The position numbers and the translations under genes are program-made. Of a stretch of DNA of 44,494 nucleotides, positions 24,310-36,448 are shown one piece after another; the first letter of the stretch is position 1; every line of letters begins with the position of its first letter. The DNA comes from Dimorphilus gyrociliatus (taxonomy: Eukaryota > Animalia > Annelida): the NCBI GenBank assembly GCA_904063045.1, contig CAJFCJ010000093.1, forward strand, positions 18,629-63,122. The letters are read 5' to 3'. Below the pieces are notes generated by a model that ran no database searches, was not told the DNA's origin, and saw only the letters and a program-made list of their open reading frames with translations.

Positions 24310-25867
24310 ATAGGAATATATATATATTGCTTGTGTAAAATGGAATACACATCCATGAATTTGTGATTCTGGGTATATTTTGGATACAGCTCTCCACAGA
24401 CCCATCTCAAAATCAATTGTTATCTTCTCAGGCTGTGACATGCCAGTCAGGTTTCTGACACTCTGAAGAATGAAACATTCATCTGAAAGTAGTTAAAGAA
24501 TGAATTTCTCAAAATGATACCTTAAATGCTTTTTTATAACTCTTTCTTTTCTTTGATGTCATAAAAATAATCTTTTCCCACTGGAACTTGTGTCAGTTTT
24601 ACAAATATCTTTCAAATCTTTTCTGATTCTGATGTCACTGGTTAGGTGGTTATTTTTACCATGAATATGTTCTAAACTTCCCTTGATGAATGTTTTTCCT
24701 TGCTGGCGAATTCTTGCAGGGCATCTTTGTTTTTTGGTCCTCTTACTGCACACCCAAATGATACTTTTTGAAGTTTTAGCTTTTACAGTGAATGAAAATC
24801 CATCATTTATCAGAATATCTTTTCCCATTTGACTTCCACCTTTAACTATTTGAAAGTTGTCATGGATAAGTTCCTGCAAGTGTTCAATGTTTCCATTGTT
24901 CAATATTCCATTGTCATTCACATTTGCATCCATCACACCTTCATTTGCATCTACAACCACATCTTCATTTAAATTTTCATCCATTTCATTTCCATTCATC
25001 TGACAGTTATCAAAATTGCCACCATCACAAAACTCTGGCTCATTTGAAACTTGGTGACTTTCTCCATCTTCATTTTGAAGATTAGTTGAATTTTGTAATT
25101 TTCCATCAACATCACCAGTTTCTACAATTTGATCTTCTGGTCTCTTCATCTGAAGAAGGAATCTGTTTTTTTCACAATCCAGACAAACTGACACCTTAGA
25201 ATCTGATTGAAATAGCTGAATATTTATAAATGCCATATTGAATATAGAATCATACTTATGACACATTTTTGATGAATAATTTCATTGCAGAGCACACAAG
25301 ACATTTTCTTCTGTCTTTCATATACAAAAAGCTTACAATTCTTACATTTGACTGTCATGTTTTATGAATAATTCTCTATGCCAGACTGAAAATATTAAAT
25401 GTAATTAGTGAATAAATAAAAAATAATATTATTGAACACATCTAGAAAACAAGAATAATATTTTGATTTGAAATGAGTATTGGAAAGGTATACTTACAAT
25501 TATTCAAAATGGCTGAAAAATATTTTTCAAATAAATTGGATTTTTTCACAAAATTAAAAAACATGTATTGAAAATATGAATAAAACATTAATCTAGATTA
25601 CAATGCACATGAAATTACCTCTGTTACATCTAAAATGATAATCTTTGCCCAAATATAATTATCAAAAAAGGCTTGAGTTTCAAATTAAATTCTTTCCAAA
25701 GTGAAAGTTAACTTCAGTTTCTTCATTTTTAAAATGGCTGTCAGTTTATATTTCAACAGTGTTTCTATTTTTGTAGCTTCCATTATTATAATTCTAAATA
25801 ATAACATTAAAAAAATGTAATATTTTTATGGGTACGGTTTCACCCAGGTACGGTTTCACCCGCTACC
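24310..25867 (-). mobile_element. MULE #3 (same TIR family as #2), internally deleted and 3'-truncated, left-arm copy
   Basis: TIR units ggtacggtttcacc at 25830-25867; intact spliced PHD MTVKCKNC...CVLCNEIIHQKCVI|NSKVSVCLDC; FLYWCH; then DFEMGLW...GCVFHFTQA; the DGTFK region is missing. Confidence 0.85.
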
Positions 25868-25989
25868 ATTTCATAGCTCTTAGTTCTAAGTCACCTTTCT
25901 AAAAAATTAGCTGTTTTAATAATTATCCTAATCCATTCTCAATCCATAATCTTACCACACAAAGTTTGAAGTTTGGAGGATAAGTCAAA

Positions 25990-26165
25990 AATTGACTACC
26001 CAAAATTATAGCTGTTTTACTGTGGGACACATTCTTCCTGTCATTGAAGGGATATCACTCAACATGGGCAGGAATTATGTCTTCCAACAAGACAATGCAG
26101 GCTGCCACACAGCAAGAGCTACTAGGAGGGCCTTTAGAATGATTGGTATAGATCCAATTGATTGG
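25990..26165 (+). mobile_element. Tc1 transposase fragment (mirror at 33844-34019)
   Basis: MGRNYVFQQDNAGCHTARATRRAFRMIGIDPIDW; same family as 40626-41000. Confidence 0.8.
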
Positions 26166-26370
26166 CATCTGATGTATATGCTCCATAGATTTTACCTACA
26201 TTTCATATTCTCTTTTTCTTTTCATTTTATTTTTATTTTTTTTAATTTTTCAGATAAATGTATGTTTATATATTTGACTATATACATTATATCAATATAA
26301 CATAGATTTCATTTTCACAAGTTTAATAAACATATACTGTTTATGAAATTAACAATGGGTGCAGTTTATT
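26165..26370 (+). mobile_element. Detached 3' end of a MULE #2-family element (mirror at 33639-33844)
   Basis: Reverse-complement homology to ~7640-7830 (e.g. ctccatagattttacct, catagatttcattttcacaagtttaataaacatatac). Confidence 0.75.
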
Positions 26371-26460
26371 GGAAAAGGTTAGGTACAGCCAAGGGCTGGG
26401 TTAAGGTTAGGGTAAAAGCACTTATTTTCGGACAAGTGGACAAATTAACTAGAAAATGTA

Positions 26461-26840
26461 CCACAATTTCGTTCATCATCTGAATGAGTACAATGAACAA
26501 TTCCATAACAAACTAATTCAATTGATATACAATAATTCTGTTTTTTACACAGATATTCTCAAGTTTGGCATTTCTTGACTGTACAATCATTTAAATTGGA
26601 GAATGGATAATGAACTGTACTCGAAATATGACCCATTGAATAATACCCTAGTTTACAAGGTATTGTTTTAAATAACACTCTTTTTTCAGCAATTGGACAT
26701 CCCATTTCATTCAAATACTTGTATATATTAAAACAAGCTGCAAATTCTTCATCAGCTTCACTTTCACAATTTAATTGAAAATTGCAAACCAAATGATTAG
26801 GTATGCATTTATTATCGCAGATGAGTTGAAATGTAGCGAA
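26461..26840 (-). pseudogene. LDL-receptor class A (LDLa) repeat exon, GRL101/LGR-like ectodomain relic, left copy
   Basis: FQLICDNKCIPNHLVCNFQLNCESEADEEFAAC ... CQT*EYLCKKQNYCISIELVCYGIVHCTHSDDERNC|GT: two LDLa motifs separated by an in-frame TGA. Confidence 0.7.
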
Positions 26841-26994
26841 AAAAGTGTGGGATTAAACCAGTACCTATCCTAAGGTATAGTAAGCCTGTCAGAGATCAGT
26901 CTGGTGGCAATCTAACCAGCCACTTTTCCCCTCTCACTTGATAAAGGAGGAATTCCTCCGAAATATTGTGAGTTTTAATCTGGTTATTGAGACT

Positions 26995-27296
26995 TCAGTG
27001 GTGCCACAGTATAAAGCAGAGAGTAATTATTCAATTTCTTGCATCGCAACAAGTTATTGCAATTGATATTTATAGGCAACTGAAAGCTTTTTTTGGGAAC
27101 ATGGGCATTCTATCATGAACCATTGACTAAAAGAGCTTCTTTAAAGTATCATACAAAGTTTTCTCCACCACCAAAAAAGGTTAAGACAGGTAAGTCTGCA
27201 GACAAAACTGATGGCACGTGTATTTTGGGACAGGGAAGGGTTTATTCAACTAGAATTTTTAAATTTGCAAGTCAGAATGAATTCAAAGATTTACAT
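26995..27296 (+). mobile_element. Mariner relic truncated at the inner arm junction
   Basis: SIKQRVIIQFL...FYHEPLTKRASLKYHTKFSPPPKKVKTGKSADK; homology to the right copy stops at 27296. Confidence 0.85.
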
Positions 27297-27410
27297 TTCT
27301 TAAGAGATTAACCTGCCGTCATTCAGAATAGTTATTCTTCAATGTGGAACGCAACCTTCCAAGGGTATCACTCAGGGAGAAAGTGAGAGTGCTACTCTAG
27401 GGCGTTAAAA

Positions 27411-27439
27411 CCCTAACCCCAAGACCTAACCCTAACCCT
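27411..27439. repeat. Short degenerate (CCCTAA)n telomere-like run
   Basis: ccctaa ccccaa gacctaa ccctaa ccct, about 115 bp inside the spacer. Confidence 0.55.
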
Positions 27440-28022
27440 TTTACGAATTGGTTTCTGTAAATTGATAATTCCAAATCTATACCTGTCATAAATTTTTGAA
27501 AGTATTAGTCATTTTAAAAATGAAAGTCATCAATATTTCAGCTTCAAATCCCTAGTTACACTTTATCATCTGCAAATAACTAATCATTTAAGAATAATAA
27601 TCCGATTAAATTCTAGTGCAAGTAGACAAAAAGTTGAAATTATAACCAAGTTCTGAAATATTTACCAAGGTCTCATAAAAAATTCATCTTTTTCTGTCTT
27701 TGTTGAATTTGTAAAGAGAATACTAGAGAAAGACAAAAACAAGCCATATACAATACAGCTAGAAAATTCCTATTGTGCATCAAAAAAAAACCCAATAGCT
27801 GACTGTCTTTGTTAATATAAAATGGACATTATTTATCATGACTATAGTCACGTGATACACAATTGATCTATATTAATGAAAAAAAATAAACATATTATCA
27901 TACTATAAATAACTGAATAGATATACATTTTGTTTTAAGAATATAAGAAGGGATTTATTTATTGTGGGTAATATGTGGCTGAGGTTGGAAAATTAGTGAT
28001 TTACCACCAATTTATATAATTT

Positions 28023-29548
28023 TTACATTATATTTGTTATTTGATAATAGCATATTGACATATTGTCTTCAGTTCTTCCAAAGCCTTTAATATAAACAGC
28101 TTGACAATAATCTTTTCCACAATTACAAGAATATGTGCAAGATTGACTATCTTCTACATCAATCAATTCACAGCTATAGTACTGCCCAAGAAATCCTGGT
28201 TCAATTTGTAAATCTTTTGGGATGTAAGCTATTATTCCAGAGTTTGATAAACCTTGCTTGACATCAACACAATTTTGTAAATTTTCCCCTTTTATTAGTA
28301 TTTTGAAATTTTTCATTTTGGAATCAACAGTTGGCCAAGGAATTCTTAAATTAAAAGTTTCATTAGCATATACATTGATGCAAGTTGGGGCATTTTTGTC
28401 ATCCATTATCTTCTTCAACTTGTCATTTTGTGTACTTTTTATATCATCAAAGATTGGTCCATTAGTACAGGAATGAATGATAAGAGACTGACGATTACTT
28501 GCAGAATTGTAATCACAACTGTCTGACATAGAATTAATTATATTGCATTGCTGTTCTCTATAATCAGGGGTATAATTAATCATATCACAATTTGATTGGT
28601 GACTGCAAAGATTTTTACAATCTTTTATACTTTTGACTGTGTATTGTCCAATTGGTCCACATTTGACTTGAAAACAGGTTTGAGATTTCTGAGCAAGTCT
28701 GTGATAAGTCACTTTATCCATAAGATTTTCTTGATCAATTTCTCTGCAAAAATCTAATGATAAAATGCATACAGTTGACGAAAGATTGTACTGGAAACAA
28801 CTGCAATTTAAAATTGATAAACATTCTCTTGAACATTCTTTCAATTCAACTGCACTGAGTACCAACACTTTTGAAGGTAAATCAGTCAGTCTAGTAACTT
28901 TTATAAACCCAGGTATAAAAGTATTGTCATAGTAACATTTGCCATTAACAAAGCAACAACCGTACGCTTCACAATTCTGCTGAGTAGTCATAGAAGATCC
29001 ACATAAAGTTTCTGTAACATTTTCACATTGTCCTACATTGAGTACAGGATCTGTTTAAAAAAATATCATCATTTCAAGTTTTGTTACAAGTTGCAGGTAG
29101 CCTTACCACAAACTCCATTTTTTCGTCCAACATAATTATATCCATTCTTTGGAGAAAATCTCCTGGGTTTTGAATGGCGGTCATGTTTATTCAAATGACA
29201 AATTGAAGAATTTTGAAAGTATTCAATTGACCTGAAAAAGATTTTTTTCCATGATATCTAAATTTTTGATCAAATATTTCAAATGTTAAATTGCTGACTT
29301 GCAATTTGAATATTCAATACATTTCAATTTACATTCTTCCAGTGATAGAGTTCCTACATATATGTTATTGTTGTCAATTTTAAAATTGTAAAACGTTTCA
29401 GTGAAGCAAACTGTATTTGAAAGAGAAAATTTAGAGTGAAACTGATTGGTTAATTGGCTAAAAATTTACTATTTGATCTTGACAATACATTTTCCAATTC
29501 ATTTTCCATCAGAAAGATGAATAGACAATGATATTGCAAACTAAACAT
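28023..29548 (-). CDS. Secreted Cys-rich protein, ~447 aa, 4 exons: PAN/apple, trefoil(P-type)-like, two PAN/apple, unknown C-terminal domain
   Basis: Exons 29548-29470, 29410-29299, 29231-29107 and 29050-28023 total 1344 nt in frame; introns 59, 67 and 56 bp. Motifs: SLEECKLKCIEYSNCKSIEY...ICHLN; CGSSMTTQQNCEAYGCCFVNGKCYY; ECSRECLSILNCSCFQY; DCKNLCSHQSNCDMINY. Confidence 0.78.
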
Positions 29549-30457
29549 TTGGTGTGAATGCAACAGCTCTGAAATTCTCTAGCCAACTGCATGATTTTTT
29601 CCCTATAATTTGATTAAATAGACTTGGATGTAGGCCTTCTAGAATATTGAATTGAATAGTAAGAATTCTTTTATTTCATCATCTTTCTAATTGAGATTTT
29701 GTAGAAAAAATTAAAAGTCTAATTAAAATATTCATATTTTATAAGACCATTTTATTGAAAATGGAAGCATATAGAGTTTTTATGTGCAGACAATTTGGTA
29801 AAATTAACAAGTCTTTTAAGAATTTGTCAAGCAATTACTACTTTGGAGATGACCATTAGACTTGTCCTATTAAAATTGTTGCATCTTATACAACTCAAAA
29901 CAAAAATGCATAGAGTAACATTCTACTCTTTTGGGGTACTTACAAAGAAAATTTTGCAGAAGAAAAAATATTTTTGGTAATATTTATTGTACTTTGTTGT
30001 ATTGTAATTGTAGAAATTTCTGCTTCTTCTGAACAGTATTCCCATTAAGGCATTCATTCCCTTCTATCATTTTTTGACAGATTGTCTACCTTTTAATTTT
30101 TTAATTTCCTTTTTAACAATTCTATGGTACATGTCATTTTTAAATGTAGAAAGAAAAATTCCTTTACACCACTTGACCAAGTCTGCAATAGAATTATCAA
30201 CTTATTTAACAACTATGAAGATATTTTAGAGAAAGTTTATTCATATTGACAAATGGATCGTTTTTAATGCAAAACTATAAATAACTTTTACCATATATGG
30301 TAGTTAGTTATTAATTTTATATGATTTTTCAAATCTAATTGGAAATTATCTAATTTTTTAATTTATTAATTCAAATTTCAGCCAATGAAACAGTTAGAGG
30401 TTAAATGAAATCAATAGTTTTTTAAATAGTTGATATTAAACTATAGTTTTTTAACAG

Positions 30458-30765
30458 AGCATTTGTATTCTGAGTATGATAACTTTCAGTCAAATTTAAC
30501 CAAAAATCTTTTATGGTTAGAATCAAAAAATGAAATAGCAGTAGAGATAGAGACTTGCAAGAAAGTTTGTGATATTTTATCAAGCTGTGTGTTAGTTTTT
30601 ACAATTGAAAATATTTTTCTTTGATAATTTTTTTCACATTTTCAATTATATTCAGTGGATTTGATTTCAAGAAAGACAAATCGGGATGTTGGCTAAAATC
30701 CAATGCTATTAACAGTGTTCTAACATTTACACCTGAAAATTCGACAGCCTTCTATGGCAAAGATA
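30458..30765 (+). CDS. Partial PAN/apple-domain gene or gene fragment (two exons seen)
   Basis: ETCKKVCDILSSCV|GFDFKKDKSGCWLKSN, joined by intron 30591-30655; start and stop exons not resolved. Confidence 0.55.
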
Positions 30766-31789
30766 GTGAGTTTCTACTAAATTTTAATTTTATATTTTTA
30801 AAATTTATATTTCTTTCATTTAAAGAATCTTGATTTTTTTTAATAGGATAGGCTACAGAATAATCCTTCATGATCCTACACATATTATCTGTTAAATGGT
30901 TTTTTTAGCAGTAGGTATTTAGTTAGGTGGTATTTTTTGAAAACACTTATATTTGATTTTAAACTTTTATATATCTAATTCATATCTATATATATGCTTG
31001 TACTGTTTAACATCAATATTATCTTTTGATGAATTATTGGTGTTAAATATGAAAATTTTCTCTTTCAGAGAAAGGTCAATATCCATTCAACAGGAGTTCA
31101 TTGTCATTATGGATTTATAGATAGCATTTAAAAATTAATTTCTAAAGATTGCATGTACTTTGTTGTATTGTGATCATAGGAGTACATGAAATTGAGTACA
31201 TGAAAGTACTGTTCTACTGAGAACCTCAGTTAGAAAACTAATCTAACAAATTAGGTCAGATAAATTTAGGCAGTCAACTACTTTTGTAAAATGCAACAAT
31301 TAGTTTGTCAAATGTATTAAAACTACCGAGAGAAAATCAAAATTGCAATACAATATATACTTCTGATTATTTAGTATACTGCAATTTTGATAGTGACAGC
31401 TGCAAAGTGAAAAATAACTGCTGAACTGACAAACACTAAATATTTCTCAGGTAAAAAGCATTTACATTTTTGAACATTGTTTCTGTTGACCCTGTCTCAG
31501 TTTAATATTGTTTAATAATCAAACCCTTTCAAATAGCGTTACTTACTTGTGTCAAATGTTTTGCTAGTTGCTGGGTTAAATACGATAAATTTATTGCAGT
31601 AATCTCTCAAATCAATGTCACTCTTTGTAGATTTTCAACGAAAACAGCATTCATTAGCTTTATTATTTCCTAAATATAGAACATTGACCAATGTTGGAAT
31701 ATTGCAGTTAATGAACAATAAATGATACATTCATACAATATATTGACACCATAAAGAGACTAAGAAAGAGATTACATAGAATCAGACCT

Positions 31790-32072
31790 GAAAAACAAGT
31801 AACTTTACAGCATGATAATGCAAGACCATATACAAGTCTCCTAACAACAGACTTTATAAGAGACCCAGGGTGGTCATTATGCCCTCACAGACTATTATCT
31901 TTTTAGGAGATTGAAGGACCATATGAGAGGGGTCCATTATGATAATTTGGAAGAATTGAAAAAAACCATCAAAGATTTTCTAAGGAGAAAGCCATTCTCC
32001 TTTTATCAAAATGGTATCAACCAACTTGCAAGCAAATGGCAAGCTTGCATAGAGAAAGGAGGGGAATATTAG
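31790..32072 (+). mobile_element. Mariner catalytic/C-terminal relic
   Basis: LQHDNARPYTS...DYYLFRRLKDHMRG...FYQNGINQLASKWQACIEKGGEY*. Confidence 0.8.
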
Positions 32073-32244
32073 AAAATATAATTGTTAATTAGAGTAGACT
32101 ATAGACTATAACATAAACAAAAATTAATAAAATTTCACAAAGATTTCTTACAAATTTTGATACTGTATATTTAGTGGGTGACAAAAATATCCCTTTTTTT
32201 CAATTTTGAGAAATATAATTATTTTTTCTTAAAATAGAATTTTA

Positions 32245-33014
32245 GGGTCACCCTGAAAGTTTTACCCATTTTTGTCTTACAGCTAAACAAAACTTACATA
32301 ATATGTTTAGTCATAAATATTAACTAATGTCTTAGGTATGTCTATATAGCTTCGAATTCCCCATTATTGTCAATGCATGTTTGCCACCTAGCAGGAAGCA
32401 TATCAATCCCTTTGGCAAAGTATAAGGGGCGGTTTGGATCTGAAAAATGCCTTTATTGCATTTTGTAATTTCTCATCATTCTCATACTGTATATATTATG
32501 CCCTGAAGATGGTCCTTAATTTCCAGAAAAGATAATGTCTGATGACGCCAGGTCTGGGCTGTAGGCTGGATGAAGCAAGACTACCCATTGTTGATCTAAG
32601 ATATTGAGTAGTTTGTAAACTTGTATGAGATCTGGCATTATCTTGTAATAAAATCACCTCTTTACCAGGCCTGATTCTATTTATTCTTTGTTTTGATCTC
32701 TTTAAAATGCTGATGTAAATCTTTGAATTCATTCTGACTTGCAAATTTAAAAATTCTAGTTGAATAAACCCTTCCCTGTCCCAAAATACACGTGCCATCA
32801 GTTTTGTCTGCAGACTTACCTGTCTTAACCTTTTTTGGTGGTGGAGAAAACTTTGTATGATACTTTAAAGAAGCTCTTTTAGTCAATGGTTCATGATAGA
32901 ATGCCCATGTTCCCAAAAAAAGCTTTCAGTTGCCTATAAATATCAATTGCAATAACTTGTTGCGATGCAAGAAATTGAATAATTACTCTCTGCTTTATAC
33001 TGTGGCACCACTGA
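32245..33014 (-). mobile_element. Mariner relic with 3' TIR, spanning the inner end of the right arm
   Basis: TA|gggtcaccctgaaagtttt at 32243; high similarity to 13021-13640; continuous across 32713. Confidence 0.85.
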
Positions 33015-33168
33015 AGTCTCAATAACCAGATTAAAACTCACAATATTTCGGAGGAATTCCTCCTTTATCAAGTGAGAGGGGAAAAGTGGCTGGTTAGATT
33101 GCCACCAGACTGATCTCTGACAGGCTTACTATACCTTAGGATAGGTACTGGTTTAATCCCACACTTTT

Positions 33169-33548
33169 TTCGCTACATTTCAACTCATCTGCGATAATAA
33201 ATGCATACCTAATCATTTGGTTTGCAATTTTCAATTAAATTGTGAAAGTGAAGCTGATGAAGAATTTGCAGCTTGTTTTAATATATACAAGTATTTGAAT
33301 GAAATGGGATGTCCAATTGCTGAAAAAAGAGTGTTATTTAAAACAATACCTTGTAAACTAGGGTATTATTCAATGGGTCATATTTCGAGTACAGTTCATT
33401 ATCCATTCTCCAATTTAAATGATTGTACAGTCAAGAAATGCCAAACTTGAGAATATCTGTGTAAAAAACAGAATTATTGTATATCAATTGAATTAGTTTG
33501 TTATGGAATTGTTCATTGTACTCATTCAGATGATGAACGAAATTGTGG
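33169..33548 (+). pseudogene. LDLa repeat exon relic, right copy
   Basis: Mirror copy carrying the same TGA. Confidence 0.7.
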
Positions 33549-34141
33549 TACATTTTCTAGTTAATTTGTCCACTTGTCCGAAAATAAGTGCTTTTACCCT
33601 AACCTTAACCCAGCCCTTGGCTGTACCTAACCTTTTCCAATAAACTGCACCCATTGTTAATTTCATAAACAGTATATGTTTATTAAACTTGTGAAAATGA
33701 AATCTATGTTATATTGATATAATGTATATAGTCAAATATATAAACATACATTTATCTGAAAAATTAAAAAAAATAAAAATAAAATGAAAAGAAAAAGAGA
33801 ATATGAAATGTAGGTAAAATCTATGGAGCATATACATCAGATGCCAATCAATTGGATCTATACCAATCATTCTAAAGGCCCTCCTAGTAGCTCTTGCTGT
33901 GTGGCAGCCTGCATTGTCTTGTTGGAAGACATAATTCCTGCCCATGTTGAGTGATATCCCTTCAATGACAGGAAGAATGTGTCCCACAGTAAAACAGCTA
34001 TAATTTTGGGTAGTCAATTTTTGACTTATCCTCCAAACTTCAAACTTTGTGTGGTAAGATTATGGATTGAGAATGGATTAGGATAATTATTAAAACAGCT
34101 AATTTTTTAGAAAGGTGACTTAGAACTAAGAGCTATGAAAT

Positions 34142-35699
34142 GGTAGCGGGTGAAACCGTACCTGGGTGAAACCGTACCCATAAAAATATTACATTTTTTT
34201 AATGTTATTATTTAGAATTATAATAATGGAAGCTACAAAAATAGAAACACTGTTGAAATATAAACTGACAGCCATTTTAAAAATGAAGAAACTGAAGTTA
34301 ACTTTCACTTTGGAAAGAATTTAATTTGAAACTCAAGCCTTTTTTGATAATTATATTTGGGCAAAGATTATCATTTTAGATGTAACAGAGGTAATTTCAT
34401 GTGCATTGTAATCTAGATTAATGTTTTATTCATATTTTCAATACATGTTTTTTAATTTTGTGAAAAAATCCAATTTATTTGAAAAATATTTTTCAGCCAT
34501 TTTGAATAATTGTAAGTATACCTTTCCAATACTCATTTCAAATCAAAATATTATTCTTGTTTTCTAGATGTGTTCAATAATATTATTTTTTATTTATTCA
34601 CTAATTACATTTAATATTTTCAGTCTGGCATAGAGAATTATTCATAAAACATGACAGTCAAATGTAAGAATTGTAAGCTTTTTGTATATGAAAGACAGAA
34701 GAAAATGTCTTGTGTGCTCTGCAATGAAATTATTCATCAAAAATGTGTCATAAGTATGATTCTATATTCAATATGGCATTTATAAATATTCAGCTATTTC
34801 AATCAGATTCTAAGGTGTCAGTTTGTCTGGATTGTGAAAAAAACAGATTCCTTCTTCAGATGAAGAGACCAGAAGATCAAATTGTAGAAACTGGTGATGT
34901 TGATGGAAAATTACAAAATTCAACTAATCTTCAAAATGAAGATGGAGAAAGTCACCAAGTTTCAAATGAGCCAGAGTTTTGTGATGGTGGCAATTTTGAT
35001 AACTGTCAGATGAATGGAAATGAAATGGATGAAAATTTAAATGAAGATGTGGTTGTAGATGCAAATGAAGGTGTGATGGATGCAAATGTGAATGACAATG
35101 GAATATTGAACAATGGAAACATTGAACACTTGCAGGAACTTATCCATGACAACTTTCAAATAGTTAAAGGTGGAAGTCAAATGGGAAAAGATATTCTGAT
35201 AAATGATGGATTTTCATTCACTGTAAAAGCTAAAACTTCAAAAAGTATCATTTGGGTGTGCAGTAAGAGGACCAAAAAACAAAGATGCCCTGCAAGAATT
35301 CGCCAGCAAGGAAAAACATTCATCAAGGGAAGTTTAGAACATATTCATGGTAAAAATAACCACCTAACCAGTGACATCAGAATCAGAAAAGATTTGAAAG
35401 ATATTTGTAAAACTGACACAAGTTCCAGTGGGAAAAGATTATTTTTATGACATCAAAGAAAAGAAAGAGTTATAAAAAAGCATTTAAGGTATCATTTTGA
35501 GAAATTCATTCTTTAACTACTTTCAGATGAATGTTTCATTCTTCAGAGTGTCAGAAACCTGACTGGCATGTCACAGCCTGAGAAGATAACAATTGATTTT
35601 GAGATGGGTCTGTGGAGAGCTGTATCCAAAATATACCCAGAATCACAAATTCATGGATGTGTATTCCATTTTACACAAGCAATATATATATATTCCTAT
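34142..35699 (+). mobile_element. MULE #3, right-arm copy
   Basis: Mirror of 24310-25867; ATG at 34651. Confidence 0.85.
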
Positions 35700-36448
35700 G
35701 AAACAATGGTTCAGGGTTGAGTTAAGATTATGATAAAACCACATAACCACATTCCTAAATATTTAAAGAGGCCTATAAAAATTTGAAATCCAAAAAAAAT
35801 AGTTTACCACCAACTTTTATCCATAAGAAACAAGTCTACATTCTTTCAAATTTTTATATTTGAAATTGTCCTTTAACATACTTCTTAGCAAACAATCCCA
35901 ATCAGCTTCTAATGTTTGAACTACTGTGGTAATTATAAGGTTCTGTTTTGTTCTGTTTTCTGAGCTTTTCCATTTTCGAAATCATTGAGAATTGTAATGT
36001 TTTTCTATTTCTGTTTTCAGGGATTAATAAAATGTTAAAAAATTTTCTCTTTCATACCAAAAAGTAAGTTAAAGCTAATACGAAGACTAAGGTGAATGAC
36101 AATGTTTACTTTCTCTTTCCATTTTATCAAAAACATTAGAGATTTTCAGTCAAATATGTATTTTCATAAAATAGATCATTTTTCTTTTTTCCTATAGATT
36201 TTACTCTTTTAAATAAATAATTTGATTTTTTTTTGTATTTTTATTTTTAAAAATCAATTAAAACTTTTTGATCTAATGGATTCTAAGAGAATGTTTTGTC
36301 TACATTACTTAAAAACATGACATTCAAATATTTACATACACAAACATAATCTTGGCAGTCTAGTAAGAAAACTAGATTATGTTTAGCTCAAAAATGAGTC
36401 TGAAAATCCTTAAAAAATTATAATAAAAAACTGTAAAAACATGTTTTT

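Larger units (their letters stand above)
19666..27296. repeat. Left arm of giant inverted duplication (~7631 bp)
   Basis: Every ORF in the arm has a mirror with coordinate sum 60009 (e.g. 22994/37015, 24559/35450, 27093/32916). Ends located by direct base comparison. Confidence 0.97.

Noticed and set aside
26559-26561. Selenocysteine read-through of the LDLa TGA
   Set aside because: Not at a Cys position, no SECIS recognised, and LDLa proteins are not known selenoproteins.
26946-26959. 14-bp perfect palindrome ggaggaattcctcc
   Set aside because: Too short to be significant in 44 kb without other support.
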